A stretch of 64,000 nucleotides of DNA, taken from the NCBI RefSeq assembly GCF_009914755.1, contig NC_060929.1, one strand, 5' to 3'. How positions within the stretch are numbered: the first letter of the stretch is position 1; each line of letters begins with the position of its first letter. Below the pieces are notes generated by a model that did no database searches, was not told the DNA's origin, and was given only the letters and a program-made list of their open reading frames with translations. The translations under genes and the position numbers were made by a program. The DNA is from the human T2T-CHM13v2.0 reference genome, Homo sapiens. Of this stretch, positions 12,476 to 26,864 are shown in pieces.

Positions 12476-13235
12476 ATCTTCTTCTGATTTGTGTTACCAT
12501 AACAGAATACCTGAGAACAGGTGACAGGGTTTGGATCTGGGTCCTCACCCAAATCTCATGTCAAACTGTAATCCCCAGTGTTGGCAGTGGGGCCTTGTGG
12601 GAGGTGATGGATCATGGGGCAGATTTCCCATGAATAGGTTAGCATCATGCTCTTAGTGCTGTCCTTGCAATAGTAAGTGTGTCCTCACAAGATCTCGTTG
12701 TTTAAAAGTGTGGCACCTCTCCCATCTTTCTCTTGCTCCTGCTGTGGCCATGTGACATGCCTGCTCTTCCTATGCTTCCCACCATGATTGTGAGCTTCCT
12801 GAGGCCTCCCCAGAAGCTGAGCACACCATGCTTCCTGTACAGCCTGCAGAACCATGAGCCAATTAAATCTCTTTTCTTTATAAATTAGCCAGTCTCAGTT
12901 ATTTCTTTATAGCAATGCAAGAACAGCCTAATTCAATGGATAAATTATAAAAAACAGAAATTTATTTCTCACATTCTGGAGGCTGGGAAGCCTAAGATCC
13001 AGGTGTGGTGTCTAGTGAGGGCCTTCTTGCTGCATCCTCATGTGGCAGAAGGCAAAAGAGCAAGTGAGAACCAATCCCCTCCTGAAGGCCTTTCTTATAG
13101 TGGCATTGATCTGTTCCTGAAGGCCAAGCCCTCATGACCAAAACACCTGCCAAAAGTCCCCATCTCCCAATACTACTGCATTGGGGATTAAGTTCCCAAC
13201 ACATGGTTTTTGGGGAACACATTTAGACTATAGCA
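12476..13235 (-). mobile_element. MaLR LTR (MSTD/MLT1A-like), with a nested MST LTR
   Basis: acagaaatttatttctcacattctggaggctgggaag...ggggaacacatttagactatagca. Confidence 0.75.
12522..12935 (+). mobile_element. MSTA/MSTB LTR
   Basis: ggtttggatctgggtcctcacccaaatctcatg...tttatagcaatgcaagaacagcctaattca. Confidence 0.85.
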
Positions 13236-13360
13236 GACACCATTAAGAAAATGAAAAGGCAAACCACAATATTATATGAGATAAAATATTTGAGTAACAT
13301 ATATTCAGTAAAGTATTTCTATTCAGAATGTAACACACACATTTTTAATTCAATAATTAG

Positions 13361-13694
<334 letters not shown>

Positions 13695-14984
13695 AATACC
13701 TCAGTTTTTTAAATTAGCCAAAATATTTGGACAAACACTTCACCAAAGAGTATATGCATATAGCAAATACATACATGAAAAGACGCTTGTCATTTTTGGT
13801 CGTTAGCAAAATGTAAATTAAACCACAGAGTGACTAAAATTACAAAGACTGACAATATCAAGTGATGTCAACAATTTGGAGCAACCAAAATTCTCCTACA
13901 TTGCTGACAGGTTGGGAAATGGCACTGCCATTTTAGGAAACAGATTGGCAGTATCCCACCAAGTTAAATGCACACTTACCATAAGACATTAGCAATTCCA
14001 CTCCCAGGTAGTTACCCAAGAGAAATAAATACATATGTCCATGTAAAGATTTGTTTGTTTATTCTTAGCAGCATCATTCATTATAGCCAGCATCTGAAAA
14101 GAACCCAAGTGTCCATCAACCAGAAAGTGGATAAGCATATTATAGAACTCCATACAATGAGATACTACTCAATAATAAAAAATAGTAAGTTACTGCTATA
14201 CGCTGCAATATGGATGAATCTTCAAAGCATTATGCTAAGTGAAACCAGCCAGATACAAAAGGCTACATACTGTTATGCTTACAAGGCAATCTGGAAAAGG
14301 CAAAACTATGGTGATAGAAAATGGATCAGCGTTTGTCAGGTGTTGGAGGCTTGGGAAAGGGATTGACAGCTAAGTGGTACAGAAAAACTTTTGGGGCTGA
14401 ATATAATGTTTTATATCATGATTGTGCTGATGGTTAAATGACTATATATTTTTGTCAAACTCATCAAATGGTACACTCACCACTAGAGATTTTATTATAT
14501 AAACTTCCACTGAGCTGAGAAAAGACAAAAAAAAAGACAATTGCAATTTGACCTATTTTTCAATCACATTGATAAGGGATTGAAAGATAAACCCTGGATG
14601 GTCAACAATAATTATCCCAGGTTGTTTGGGTTTTTTGGCTAAAGGTGTCTTTTTTGAGATTTCCAAAAGACAAATTATATACTATGCGACCAGTGAAATT
14701 TTAATTTTAAATATTATTTTTCTTTTTAATGTATCACAAATCTCAATAAATATATTTGAGTGGAAGTTGAGAAAGAAAGATGGTTCCTGTTTTTCTCAAT
14801 CATCTTCTCTGTCAATCAATACGCTCCCCGGTGACGAGACATGCTGGAGAGGAAGGCTAACGACAGCAGAGCACAGGGCAGCCCTTCCCCTTCCATGTGC
14901 TGAGATACCCTGCCCCACTTTTCGGCTCCTTGCCTGGAGCTTCAGGAAACACCAAGGACCAGAGAGGCTATCAGTAAAGGATCA

Positions 14985-16676
14985 CCCCATCTTGTGGGCC
15001 TCCCACCCCGGGGACCTCCACACCCCAGGGCCTCCCACTCACCCCGGGGACCTCCTTCTCACCCCATGGACTTCCCCGGAACCTCCCTATTCCATGGACC
15101 TCCCACTTGCCCCAGGGATTTCCCCATCCCATGAACCTCCCTTATCACATTAATCTCCCACTGCAGGGACCTCCCCACCCATCTACCTCTACACTGCATG
15201 GACCTCCCACCCCATGGACCTCCCACCCCATGGACCTTCCCACTACATGAATCTCCCCACTTCATGGACCTTCCCACCCCATGGACGTTCCCATTACATG
15301 GACCTCCCACCACATGGACCTCCCCACCTTAGGGATCTTCTAGCTCCATGGGCCTCCCCATGGACTTCTCACCACATGGACCTCCCACCCCATGGATCTC
15401 CCACTCCATGGACCTCCCACCAAATGGACCTCACACCCCAGGGTCCTTCCACCCCAGGGAACTTCCAACTCCATGGACCCTTCTCACCCATGGATCTCCC
15501 TCTCCATGGACCTCCCCACTCATAGCCCTCCCTCTCCATGGGCCTCCTGACCCTATAAACCTCCCATCCCAGGAACCTCCCACCCCATAGACCTTCCCAC
15601 TCCATGGACCTCCCCATCCCATGGACCTCCCCACCCCATGGACCTTCCCACTCCATGGACCTCCCCACCGCATGGACCTCCCTAACCCATGGACCTTCCT
15701 ATTCCATGGACCTCCCCGCTGCACGGACCTTCCCATCCCATGGACATTCCCCACCCCATGGACCTTCCCCACCCCATGGACCTTCCCACCCCATGGACCT
15801 CCCACCACATAGACCTCCAAATCCATGGACCTCCCCACCCCATGGACCTCCCACCCCATGGACCTCCCACCCCATGGACCTTCCCACTACAAGAATCTCC
15901 CCACTTCATGGACCTTCCCACCCCATGGACGTTCCCATTACATGGACCTCCCACCACATGGACCTCCCCACCTTAGGGATCTTCTAGCTCCATGGGCCTC
16001 CCCATGGACTTCTCACCACATGGACCTCCCACCCCATGGATCTCCCACTCCATGGACCTCCCACCACATGGACCTCACACCCCAGGGTCCTTCCACCCCA
16101 GGGAACTTCCAACTCCATGGACCCTTCCCACCCATGGATCTCCCTCTCCATGGACCTCCCCACTCATAGACCTCCCTCTCCATGGGCATCCTGACTCTAT
16201 AAACCTCCCACCCCAGGAACCTCCCACCCCATAGACCTTCCCACTCCATGGACCTCCCCATCCCATGGACCTCCCCACCCCATGGACCTTCCCACTCCAT
16301 GGACCTCCCCACCGCATGGACCTCCCCAACCCATGGACCTTCCTTCTCCATGGACCTCCCCACTGCACGGACCTTCCCACCCCATGGACCTTCCCCACCC
16401 CATGGACCTTCCCACCCCATGGACCTTCCCCACCCCATGGACCTTCCCACCCCATGGACCTTCCCCACCCCATGGACCTTCCCACCCCATGGACCTTCCC
16501 CACCCCATGGACCTTCCCACCCCATGGACCTTCCCCACCCCATGGACCTTCCCACCCCATGGACCTCCCCACCCCATGGACCTCCCACTCCCTGGACCTC
16601 CCACCACATGGATCTCCCACTCCCTGGACCTCCCACCCCATGAACTTTCCCATCATATGGCCCTCCCCACTGCATG
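14985..16676 (+). repeat. C-rich minisatellite (16/17-bp unit CCATGGACCT(T)CCC(C)ACC) with a 644-bp higher-order duplication
   Basis: dozens of CCATGGACC cores; variant landmarks recur at +644 (15241/15885, 15721/16365). Confidence 0.97.
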
Positions 16677-17544
16677 ACTTTTAAAAATTTTAGCTCATAT
16701 GGGAATCACCTCTTTTGAACTTTTCATGAGCTCTGTCCTTTCTTCATGTTACAAAGGCCAATCTTTATAGACTAATCTCTGGGACAAAAGAAGTAGTCCT
16801 ATTTTAATTTATTTTTCTTTACATTATGAACAGAATGACACAGAAAGTTCTTTGAAAGAAGTCTATCTGGGAAATCGGGTGTGGGTCGGGATGGTGAGGG
16901 AGGGAAGGAAAGAGGGAGGAGAGAGTTATTTCATGAGAGGGCAGGCAGATGCTTCCTGGAAAAGGGCATCCAGGGTTTTCAGTGGAATTGGTGGCCTCAC
17001 TAATGAGTTGGATTCTTGCGGTAGGGTTAACATCTCCATGTGTCTGATGCCACGATTATCTTGAGAGCTGATGCTGCAGTGAGAAGGGAGAAGGCAACCC
17101 AGATCTGAAGGTTCAAAATAGCCTCTTCCTGGACCCCAAAATAGAATCACACTTGTCCCTGGAATTCAGCTGAATGTGCTCAATGACAGTTACAAATGGC
17201 AGCCTCATTCTCTCCCCCTTGGGTTCTCCAGCAAGCCCATTGCACGTGAGCTGGGATTTACGTTTCTCATCTTATATTTAAAGCTATAAGGCAGCAAATT
17301 CTATCATCTTTATTTGAAATATAGAAAATCTATGACTATGATAAATTACATAATTAGCCTCATTCATGCTATAATTAATTAATTTTGATTCAACATTTAC
17401 TGTGTATTCATTATATAAAATACCATCTACCGCTCAAAAAAGCATGGAGAATTTGAAAGAAATAAAGAAATTCTCAGAACTCTTACTCACACAAACTCAT
17501 TGCAGCACAGCTGTGCCAGAAGCATGGGCTTCTGAGGTTCTGTG

Positions 17545-17690
17545 TGCAGTAGCTGGGAGTGTGAGCCTTGGGGGCAGATCACCTGGATTTGCATCTTGGA
17601 TCTGCTACTTATCAGCTCTGTGATTGGGAGCAAGCTTCTTGAGCTCTCTGTGCCTCAATTTTCTCATCTGTCAAAGAAGACAATGATTGT
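17545..17690 (+). mobile_element. MIR
   Basis: ctacttatcagctctgtga...ctctctgtgcctcaattttctcatctgt core. Confidence 0.75.
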
Positions 17691-18677
17691 AAAAGGAAAG
17701 CAGTCACTTGAGCCCAACATAGTAGTAGCAGGTTAAGATCAGCTAATGATATGCCGTTGAGTTGTAGGCTTTGGAAATTCCTCAGGAGAGACTCTAGGCT
17801 CAGAAATCCTGATAGGAAGTCAATCCACAAGACCAGGAGGAAAGCATGGATCCTTACAGGTGCTGACCAGGAGACTGGGACCTGGAACTCCCTAGCTGCC
17901 CCATTACTGAGGCCTATGTTTTCATAGGCTCACAGAAGTCTTGCATTCTCCCAACTGTCTCCTGATTAAACGAGGAAGCCCAGAGACAGACAGAGCAGAG
18001 AGTTCCATCTGGGGACCAGTTCATGTCCATTCTTTATATCCCTGCCTCCCTTCAGGCCTCAGCAGCACACGGCTTAGGAAACCTGGGAATAACAGACTCC
18101 GCAGGCATCATACTCATTCAGCATCTGCTGAGCCTCCACTTTCTCTTTGATGACTGTAGTGCTTCCTCCTGCCCTAGCAGGTGTCAAAGACATTCAACAC
18201 CCTGAGGGGAGGCCATAGATCCTGACACAGCACTCTACATGCAGGCATCTGTGTTCCCAGACTGACCCCATGCTCCGAGGAGATGTGGGCAAATCCACCT
18301 GCCCATAGGTCATTTCACACCTGCTGGGCCTCTGCTGTCTTTCCACCCACCTCTGTCCAGACAACAGCTTTGAGTTGATCCCCAACATGATGAAAGACTC
18401 CTCTGAAACATGAAGGCCCTTCAGCAGAGACATGAGAGGTGATGTAGCCAGCCACACGCTCCCAGGCTTGATGACTATAGATCCACAGGCCAGAAATGAT
18501 AGTGCATTGCACAAAAAGAAGCACAAGTAAGTAGTGACCCCTTCTCCCACACCAGGCCTTTCAGATGCATCATTGCTTGTCGTGGGCTGAACGATGGCCC
18601 CCAAAATATATTTCCACCTCCTAACCCCTAGAACCGCTGAATGTGACCTTATTTGGAAAAAGGGTCACATCCATGGA

Positions 18678-19043
18678 TGTCTTACTCCGTTTGTGCTATT
18701 ATAACAAAATACCACAAACTGGGCAATTTATAAACAATGGAAAATTATTTTTTACAGATCTGGAGGCTGGGAAATGCAAGAAGAAGTTGCTGGCAGGTTT
18801 GGTGTCTGGTGAGGGCCACTTTCCAGGTTCACAGACGCCGACTTGTTGTTTTGTCTTCATATGGTGGAGGGAGCAACCAAGCTCCCTCAGACCTCTTTTA
18901 TAAAAGCACTAATCCCGTTCTCAAGGGCTCTGTCCTCATGAACTAATCGCCCCCCAAGGGCCCCACCTCCTAATACCATCACATTTGGGGTTAGGATTTC
19001 AAATAATGAATTTTAGGGGGATATACACATTCAGTCTACAGCA
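18678..19043 (-). mobile_element. MLT1A-type LTR
   Basis: tgtcttactccgtttgtgctattataacaaaataccacaaactggg...acattcagtctacagca. Confidence 0.8.
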
Positions 19044-19133
19044 GAGTAAAGAACGGAGTGAAGGATCTCTAGGTGAAGAACTCAGAAGAACTCATCCTGG
19101 ATTATCGGGGTGGACCCTAAATCCAATAGCAGG

Positions 19134-19134
<1 letters not shown>

Positions 19135-19164
<30 letters not shown>

Positions 19165-19309
19165 ATGGTGTTTTGCTATGTCCCCCAGGCTGGAGTGCAG
19201 TGGCATGATCTCAGCTGACTGCAACTTCTTACTCTCGGGTTCAAGCGATTCTCATGCCTCAGCCTCCCGAGTAGCTGAGAGTACAGGCGCACGCCACCAC
19301 ACCCGGCTA
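19135..19309 (-). mobile_element. Alu right monomer only (5'-truncated Alu or FRAM)
   Basis: right arm with (TTTTG)n tail; 12-bp TSD ccaatagcaggt at 19123-19134 and 19310-19321. Confidence 0.9.
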
Positions 19310-21034
19310 CCAATAGCAGGTGTTCTTTGAAGAGACACACAGAGAAGGGAAGTTCAGAGCCACGCAGCCACAAGCCAACGTCTGCAGCCACCAGAAGCTG
19401 GAAGAGAGAAGGAAGAATCCTCCCCTAGAACCTTCAGTGGGAGTGCAGCCTTCCTGATACCTTGAGGTCAGACTTCCAGCTTCCAAAACTGCCAGAAAAC
19501 AAATTTCTGCTGTTTTAAGCCACCACATTTGTGGTAATTTGTTATGGCAACCTCGGGAAACTCATACACTGCTCAAGAGGAAAGGATCTAAATTCAGTTA
19601 CACCACAGGGTCTATTTGGGATGCAGATGTGAGAAGGCAGTGGCTAAACCTAAAAACAGGTGACAGCTGACTTGTTTGTTAAATAGATGATACTAGTAGC
19701 AGTTTCTGAGAAATTCTCCCATGCTGTTGCAGACCCTCCTACCTTTGGTAATTAAAGGTACTGAGAACTACAGCTGACTGCACCTTCCACGCAATGTGGG
19801 GCATTATTGTACTTGGAGGTAGAAGTCCTAGCAGTGAAGCTGGAAGAAAAAGAGGGTGATTTAATGGAAGCCACAATTACAGTCAGCACAATGCCTCTGC
19901 TGGCTCCTGAACACGGACTTTAATTTGGGTTTATTGTGTACTTTAGTGTGAAATTGATCATCCCGTTACCAACTCACTTTCTCTTGTTTTTGCTGTTGCC
20001 AAGACTTCATGACTCCTACATAAAGCCATCATCATCTCCTCTGGATGCATTTTATTAGTGCCCAGGTTTTCAGCCTGGGTTATTGCTTTCTTTCCTGGGA
20101 AGCGCAATGCCCACCCACACATCTCATCAAACAGACAGGTAAAGCAACAGCTGAGCAGGGGCTCATTAGCATTTCCAGAACAGCCTGATGATGTTTCCCA
20201 AACTTCCTGGCCCGTTGCTAGCTGTGAGTCTACCCAAACCTGCAGCAGCTAGGGTAACCAACACTGTCTCCACAATGACATTCTGTTAATTGCATCGTCT
20301 CCCCAGCTGGGCCCACCTCTGCCTGCCAAAGCCCTTGTTTGCATCTGCAGCCATCCAAAAATAGTGCCATGCCTTTGCAAAAGCAAAGAAATTCTGAGAT
20401 TCAGGTCCCCTGAGTGAGTCTAATTGTTTCTTTTCAGTGATAGAAACAAGCACGCCACCCAGCCAGAACCTGCAAGGCGTCCTGGATTCAGTGGACCCAT
20501 TTCAGGAGCAGGATTCCCTAAACCTAGCTATCTGGTAGACAGTCTATAGAAGCAACAAGAGTGTAATAACCACATGGCTGGCAGGAGATTCCAGTAAAAT
20601 CAGCCAAATTACTCCCCAGAAAAGAAATGTTGAAGCAACAAAATCAAATGGTTTTATAGAGCTTAGGGCTTAAAAGGTCTGTGTTCCAGTGCCATACTGT
20701 CTCAGCCTTGCTCCTGCCTCTCAACCCTTCCAGGGCTTGGTTTTTCCATCCACATAATGGGCACATTTGTGATAACCATCTCAGACTCAAGTTGGGCTGG
20801 AAGAGTTGCTTGGGCTATAATTGCAAAAAGTTTAGGAAGTACAAGATGCTCTGATCCACAAATGGTAATAACATATTAAATATTTTCAAATCATCACAGA
20901 TTAATATGTTTTGTCATAAGTTCCCATTGCCAGAAGGTGTGCAGCCGACTTGCTCTGACGGAAGTGTCTGCTGAACCCATCAACACTGGCACTCTTGGCG
21001 AGAGGCGTGTTTCTCCACCACCACATTGAAGTCT

Positions 21035-21246
21035 TGGTTGGCAACCTGGCACTATTTTGCCCTACTAGGGGGTGATAAACAGTATCTGGAGACATTTTTG
21101 GTTGCCATTTGTCCTAGAGGAGGCTGCTAGTGGCATAAGCTGGTAGAGGCCAGGTTGCCACTGAACATCCTATGGGGCACAGGGCTCCCCCAATAACAAA
21201 GATAGACACAGCTCTAAATGTGAATAGTGCCACCGTGGAAAACCTG
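21035..21246 (+). mobile_element. MER20 (hAT-Charlie)
   Basis: atctggagacatttttggttgcca...gtagaggccagg...aaatgtgaatagtgcc. Confidence 0.85.
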
Positions 21247-21569
21247 AATAAAGCGGCCTGAGCATGAGGTCCACCTGATTTCCGGGCAGTGTTTGCAATC
21301 ATGTCCTCGTGTGGATTGAAACACCAAGTCCACAAAGTATGAGATGAGCTCTTCCCTTAGTCTTTCCATTTAGGAGAGCTCAGATTCACTTTGCATCATT
21401 TTGCAAATAATGAGAAATACTTCGTAAAATGCAAAATAATAAAGGGAATTAAATAAGACACTCTTTCTAGACACTAACTGGGGTGGTGATGTCGTGGGCA
21501 GAAGCCTCTGTGGCTGGGGTAGAGAGGCAGCCAAGGAGGGACTGAAATATGGTGGATGACTGAGACATT

Positions 21570-21690
21570 ATTCACTCAGACTTCATTTATTGAGCACTGG
21601 TATCTATGCATAACCTGAGCCGTGTGGATGAACAAAACCTGGTTGGTGCCTGTTTTGCAGAGCGTGCAGGTTAGTTGGGACAGAGAATCC
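21570..21690 (-). mobile_element. L2 3' fragment
   Basis: ttcatttattgagcac...gatgaacaaaac. Confidence 0.5.
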
Positions 21691-22209
21691 TCAATGCCTG
21701 CGTGAGGAAGGCTGTGAGAATCAGCAGGCGGGGTGTGAGACTGGAGCAGGAGGGGTACATGCTGAGGGGTGTTCTGCACCCTCAGATAAGGTAAGAGTCC
21801 ATCGGCTGGTGGCTGAAATGCCACTTTACGAGGTCAACCTGAAGAATAGTCATGACTCAACCATATGCATGATGCATATGGTTAGCAAATTAACTCAGGC
21901 TCACTTCCCACCATGCTTCCCACCCACCACTGTATCATGTGAAGGTAACGCCCACTCATAATTGTTCCCAGGGTCTACTCAGAACAGGCCAAGCTTGGGT
22001 TCACCCCACTGTCAGGGCTGAGTGGATAATTACTCTGGCCACCACAAGGACACCACGCGGAGATCACAGCAGCCCTTTGAAGACATTCAGTTTAAGCCTC
22101 TTCCTGCTCACCAAGAGCCGCACTGCATTAGGAGCCTATGCAGATCACTTAGCTGGTAAAAGCACATGGCCCAAAGAAAATAGAAGAATTAAACATTGAA
22201 AAGAGCTTA

Positions 22210-22563
<354 letters not shown>

Positions 22564-25500
22564 TCACAACAGCTTTATCTCTGCGGTTCACACTCTTTGG
22601 TTGGAAGTAATTTCAAGATTGGTGGGGAAGCAGCTGCCAGTCATTCTCCTGGTGCTGTTTATTGCTCCCTGCACTGTAGCAGCGCGCAGTGGCACCGGGA
22701 GGGGAGGGAAGCAGCTTTATATTTGCCTCCCTGCTCATGAGGTCAAATCTAGCTTTTCCAGGCCCAGAATGCTAGTCCCAGTGAGAGAAAGAGCACATTC
22801 CTCTGTGTCGCTGTGCATTCAGATGTGCCATGGTCTTGCTTTCTACTCCTTGGAACAGAGCATCTGCATTAGGTGTAGAGAGGCCATCGCTACCAGAATG
22901 CTCCCCACCTGCCCGCTTTGCCAAGGTGTGATGGATTTGGGCTGTTCCTTCACAGACCTCAGATCATACAGTTCCCACCTCTGGGCTGCCACTCATTCCA
23001 AGGCCTCTGGCCCAGAGAGTACAGGGCTTCAGTGACCCCTGGGGCATGAGAAGAGGTGGGTGCACATAGCCATGTTGAGCCCCAGGGTTGTCTCTGCCCA
23101 AGTGTGGGGCCCTAGATGAGCCCTCAGACTCCCTGGTGCCTGTTTCCCCATCTGCCATCTCAAGGTCATAGGGAGCTGGTATTTATAATGAGCATAAAGT
23201 ATAATACATTCATTATAAATATCAGCTCCTCTCAAGGCTGGCAGCAAGGGGCCGTCTGCCTTCTTACCTGCCTGCCACCCTGAGCCAGGCTCTTCACAAT
23301 TTCAGGTTTCGTGTATTTCAGATTTCCAGCCTAAGTGCCTCTCTGTGATAACCTTTGTGCTACTACAGAATCCCCCCCACACACGTCACTGACTTACTGG
23401 GAATCCCCCAGCATATTGTCATCTGCTATTTAGCGGGCACTTCCTGTGGATATCCAGATTTGTATTAAGAGAAGCCCTGGTTATGGAAATTGCACACACC
23501 GAGAAAAGTCTGTTAAGATAGTTTTCCTCTGGGCCTGGGGAGTGGGGGTGAGGAGAAGGCAAGCAGTTTTAACTTTATATCCCGTTGCACAATGGGACGT
23601 CATGTGAGGAGACAGAACTCACATATTTTCTAAGTATGTGCTGGATACACACACAGAGATGCACATCTATTTTATGTATATTTCACATATGGCATAGCTG
23701 TTTTAAAAAAAGAATAATAGCTTCGCTCCATTTTGTCCCACCATTAGAATCAAGTTATGGGACAGCATCTTGTCCCAAGAAGCTACATTTAGGCCTCCAG
23801 TGGGCCTTAAGATTAGTGATGAGCTGTCGGGGCACCCCTTTCCCGCCTACATGAGTGGAGACACAGCTTCTCAGCTGCCTGCTGAGCAGCTTCTCCCCAG
23901 ACAAAGGCTCAGCCACGAGGAGGTCAGCTCCACCCAAGCCACAGCAACAGTGCCCCACTCCCAGCTGACATGGACTCCTGCCTTGAGCCCCCACAAGCAG
24001 GCTCTGAGTGTGCACTCTGTATGCAGGACTCTGGATTCCTGATGACCTGCCGGGGTTCAGGAATATTCCTCCTTCTCCTGCAATCTCTTGAGGCCCTATT
24101 CCCTGTGCCTACCCTCTAGTCTCCTGCTAGGACCTTCTATGGGGGTTTGTGCCCACCACTGGCATGGTGGGTTCCAATTCTGGCTTTCTCACCTACTGGC
24201 TGTGAGCCTCTCACAAGTCAAGGGCCCCGTCTGAGCCACAGTCCCTTGTCCCAAAATGCAAAAGGGAGGCCATGCATCACCAACCCCCGCCTTATCCACC
24301 TGACTCTGCGGCAGCAACCGTCAAGCATTAGCCAAGCAAAGACTATGTGCAGTGCCCCTAGGGAGGGTGGTGAGGCTCTGCGGGCCTATGAATCACAGAT
24401 AATCACATTGATCTAGACCTTACTTTTCAAAGGACGTCCCTCATCTGTTCTTCGGGAGGTTGTTGGTTGGTCCCCTGGGTGAGATGGTATGATTTGTTTC
24501 TGTCCAGACCATTCATCTGAACCCCACTCTCACAGGGGACAACTAGAAAAACCCAGCTTCTGTTCTTTCTCAAGGACAAAGTAAATGCAGACTAGGGCCT
24601 AGAGCTACCTGAAATCCCAAAGGAGGTGATAAATATTTGCAGAAGGAACCCATTAATAAAACAGTGAGTCAAAGTGCCCAGTGCTGGCTGGGCTGTGTTT
24701 TATGATCAAGCTGCTGTGAGGTAGGATGGCTTCTGAATTGATGAGGAGAGACCCTGGGGGACTCCGAATTCAGAACTGAGTCTCCACTGCAATGTCCACT
24801 TGAGATGGGAGGAAGCCCTCATTCGGGACCCACAGCAAAAGTCCATCTATTCATCTAACATTTACTAAGTTCCTTCTGTGCTGAAGATTGGGAAACAAAG
24901 GGCAGAGGCAGATAAGCAGAGAAGGCTGTGAGGATGGGGAATTTAATGTCAAGTAACTTTGAAGAGGCTTAGGGCATCGATGGATTAATTTATTCACTCC
25001 TTCAACCCGAACTCACTGAGTCCTTCTGGACCAGGCCTTGACTTTCCTTTCATTCTGCTCTACTTCTGTCTTTTCCCACAGGACTTTTCTTCTTCTAAAA
25101 GATAGATTTTAAAAAAAAATGTCATTGTATCTTTTGAAATGTTTCTGAATCCTCTGCTGGAGTGTAACACCCCAGGAGGCAAGACCTATGTCAATGCATT
25201 CACTGAGGTTTGCTAAGCACCTAGAAGGTGGTGCATGGGAGATGTGAGTAAATATTTTCTGATAAATTAACTTTGCCTCTCCAAGGCTGGAACCATAGAC
25301 ATGACAGTCAGTGTACCTGGACCACAGGCCGGGGGTGGCTGGGACCTCATTTCTTCTGAATGCTTCACTCCGTCCCAGTCTCTTTGGCACATGGGTTTGT
25401 CTTGAATTTGGCCCCTTGGACCGTTGGCTTGGGTGGGCTCCCATCCTGGGTGCAGTTCACCTCACAGCACTGCCAGTGCTTGCAGGTCTTCCAGGGCCAG

Positions 25501-26311
25501 ACTGCACGTCCAGCATCTCAGCACCACGAGTCTGGAATGGACACCCTACCACATTCGTCTTTCTAAACCTCCCCTCTGACTCCTGGCCAAAACTTCCTCC
25601 AAGGCTTTTATCCCCAGAAAGGGAGAAGGGAAGGGGCAGGGAATTGAAAAGAAAAGTGAGGTAAAGGGAGGGGCAAGGAGGGGGCTTTGAGAGAGTCAGC
25701 TCCAGTCTGGTAGCAGGTAGTGAAACACAGGCTAACAGAGGACAGTCGCGCGGCCCCTCCTTCACCTCCCATCCCCTTTCTCCATAAGGGGCCCAATCTC
25801 TGACTTCAATGGTAAGTAGAGCACAAAGCCATATGTCTCCTATGTCATCAGCCCCTTCCTTATTCGGTCAACCGTGACTCTCCACACTGCTGACTGCCCA
25901 CTGTGTGCCAAGATCTGGGTGAAGGAAGGGAGTTTCAGAAACGCAAGGCGTAGATTGCACTGCTCTGAAACTCAAGGTCTAGTAAGGGTGACAGAACAGA
26001 GACCAACGGTTACATCGTGGAGTGAGGGCACTGTTATACCTGTGCTCAGGTGCAGGAGGGGCCCACAGAGAGGCACCTGACCAGAACGGTGGGCCTGAGC
26101 AGGTGTCTGGAAGAGGTGGTAGCTCAGCTAAGGCTGAGGAAAAGAGAACAAAGCATTCCTGATGGGAAGGAAAGAAAGACCTGAGAGCTTGGTCTATTCC
26201 CAGAGCCCCACAGAGCCCGGAGTATCTAAGATGAAGCTTCCACAAGGCCATGGAGAGAGAGGGCTCAAGACACATTAGAAGGCAGATCACGAAGAAGACT
26301 GAGCACCTTCC

Positions 26312-26658
26312 TGTCTTAGTCAGCTCTGCCTGCCTCGCAGAATCCCACAGGCTGGGGGGCTTCAACAAAAGGCATTTATTCTCTCACAATTCTGGGGGCC
26401 GGAAGTTCAAGGTCAAGCAGCAAACAGATTTAGTTTCTGGGGAAGGTTCTCTTCCTGGCTGGCGGTTGGCTGACTTCTGGCTGTGTGCTCACGTGGCCTC
26501 TCCTTGTGTGTGCACACGGGGCAGGAGTGCTGGTGTCTCTCACTTTTCTTATAAGGACACCAATATTGTCAGGCTAGGATCCCACTCTTATGCCCTCATT
26601 TAAATTACTTCCTAAAGACCCTATATGAATTTGGGAGGACACAAGTCAGTCCACAGCA
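26312..26658 (-). mobile_element. MLT1A/B LTR within L2-like remnants
   Basis: tgtcttagtcagctc...catttattctctcacaattctggg...acaagtcagtccacagca; 5-bp flanks cttcc/cttac. Confidence 0.8.
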
Positions 26659-26864
26659 CTTACAAAGGAGTTTGAATTTCAGCCTTGCAGGGTTTTAACC
26701 ATTGGAGGCATATGATCAAATTCATGTCTTAGAAATAGCACAGGGGTCCCAAAGAAAGGATGCTTCAGGAGGAGCATCTAGTGTGCCTAGTCATCTGCCA
26801 TCACCCTGTTCATAAACAGGGCAAGAGGGAGGACTATGCCAATATATTTTATTCTCATGTTTTA

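Larger units (their letters stand above)
18578..19568 (+). mobile_element. MLT1C/D LTR, with a nested MLT1A and an Alu monomer
   Basis: tgaatgtgaccttatttggaaaaagggtc ... ttttaagccaccacatttgtggtaatttgttatggcaacctcgggaaactcataca. Confidence 0.85.

Noticed and set aside
14985-16676. CRISPR-like array
   Set aside because: Tandem units without unique spacers, in primate DNA with no cas genes.
14626-16684. Many overlapping Pro/His/Gly/Trp-rich ORFs up to 220 aa
   Set aside because: Products of the minisatellite (the ATG lies in CCATGG and stops are rare); open on both strands and in several frames.
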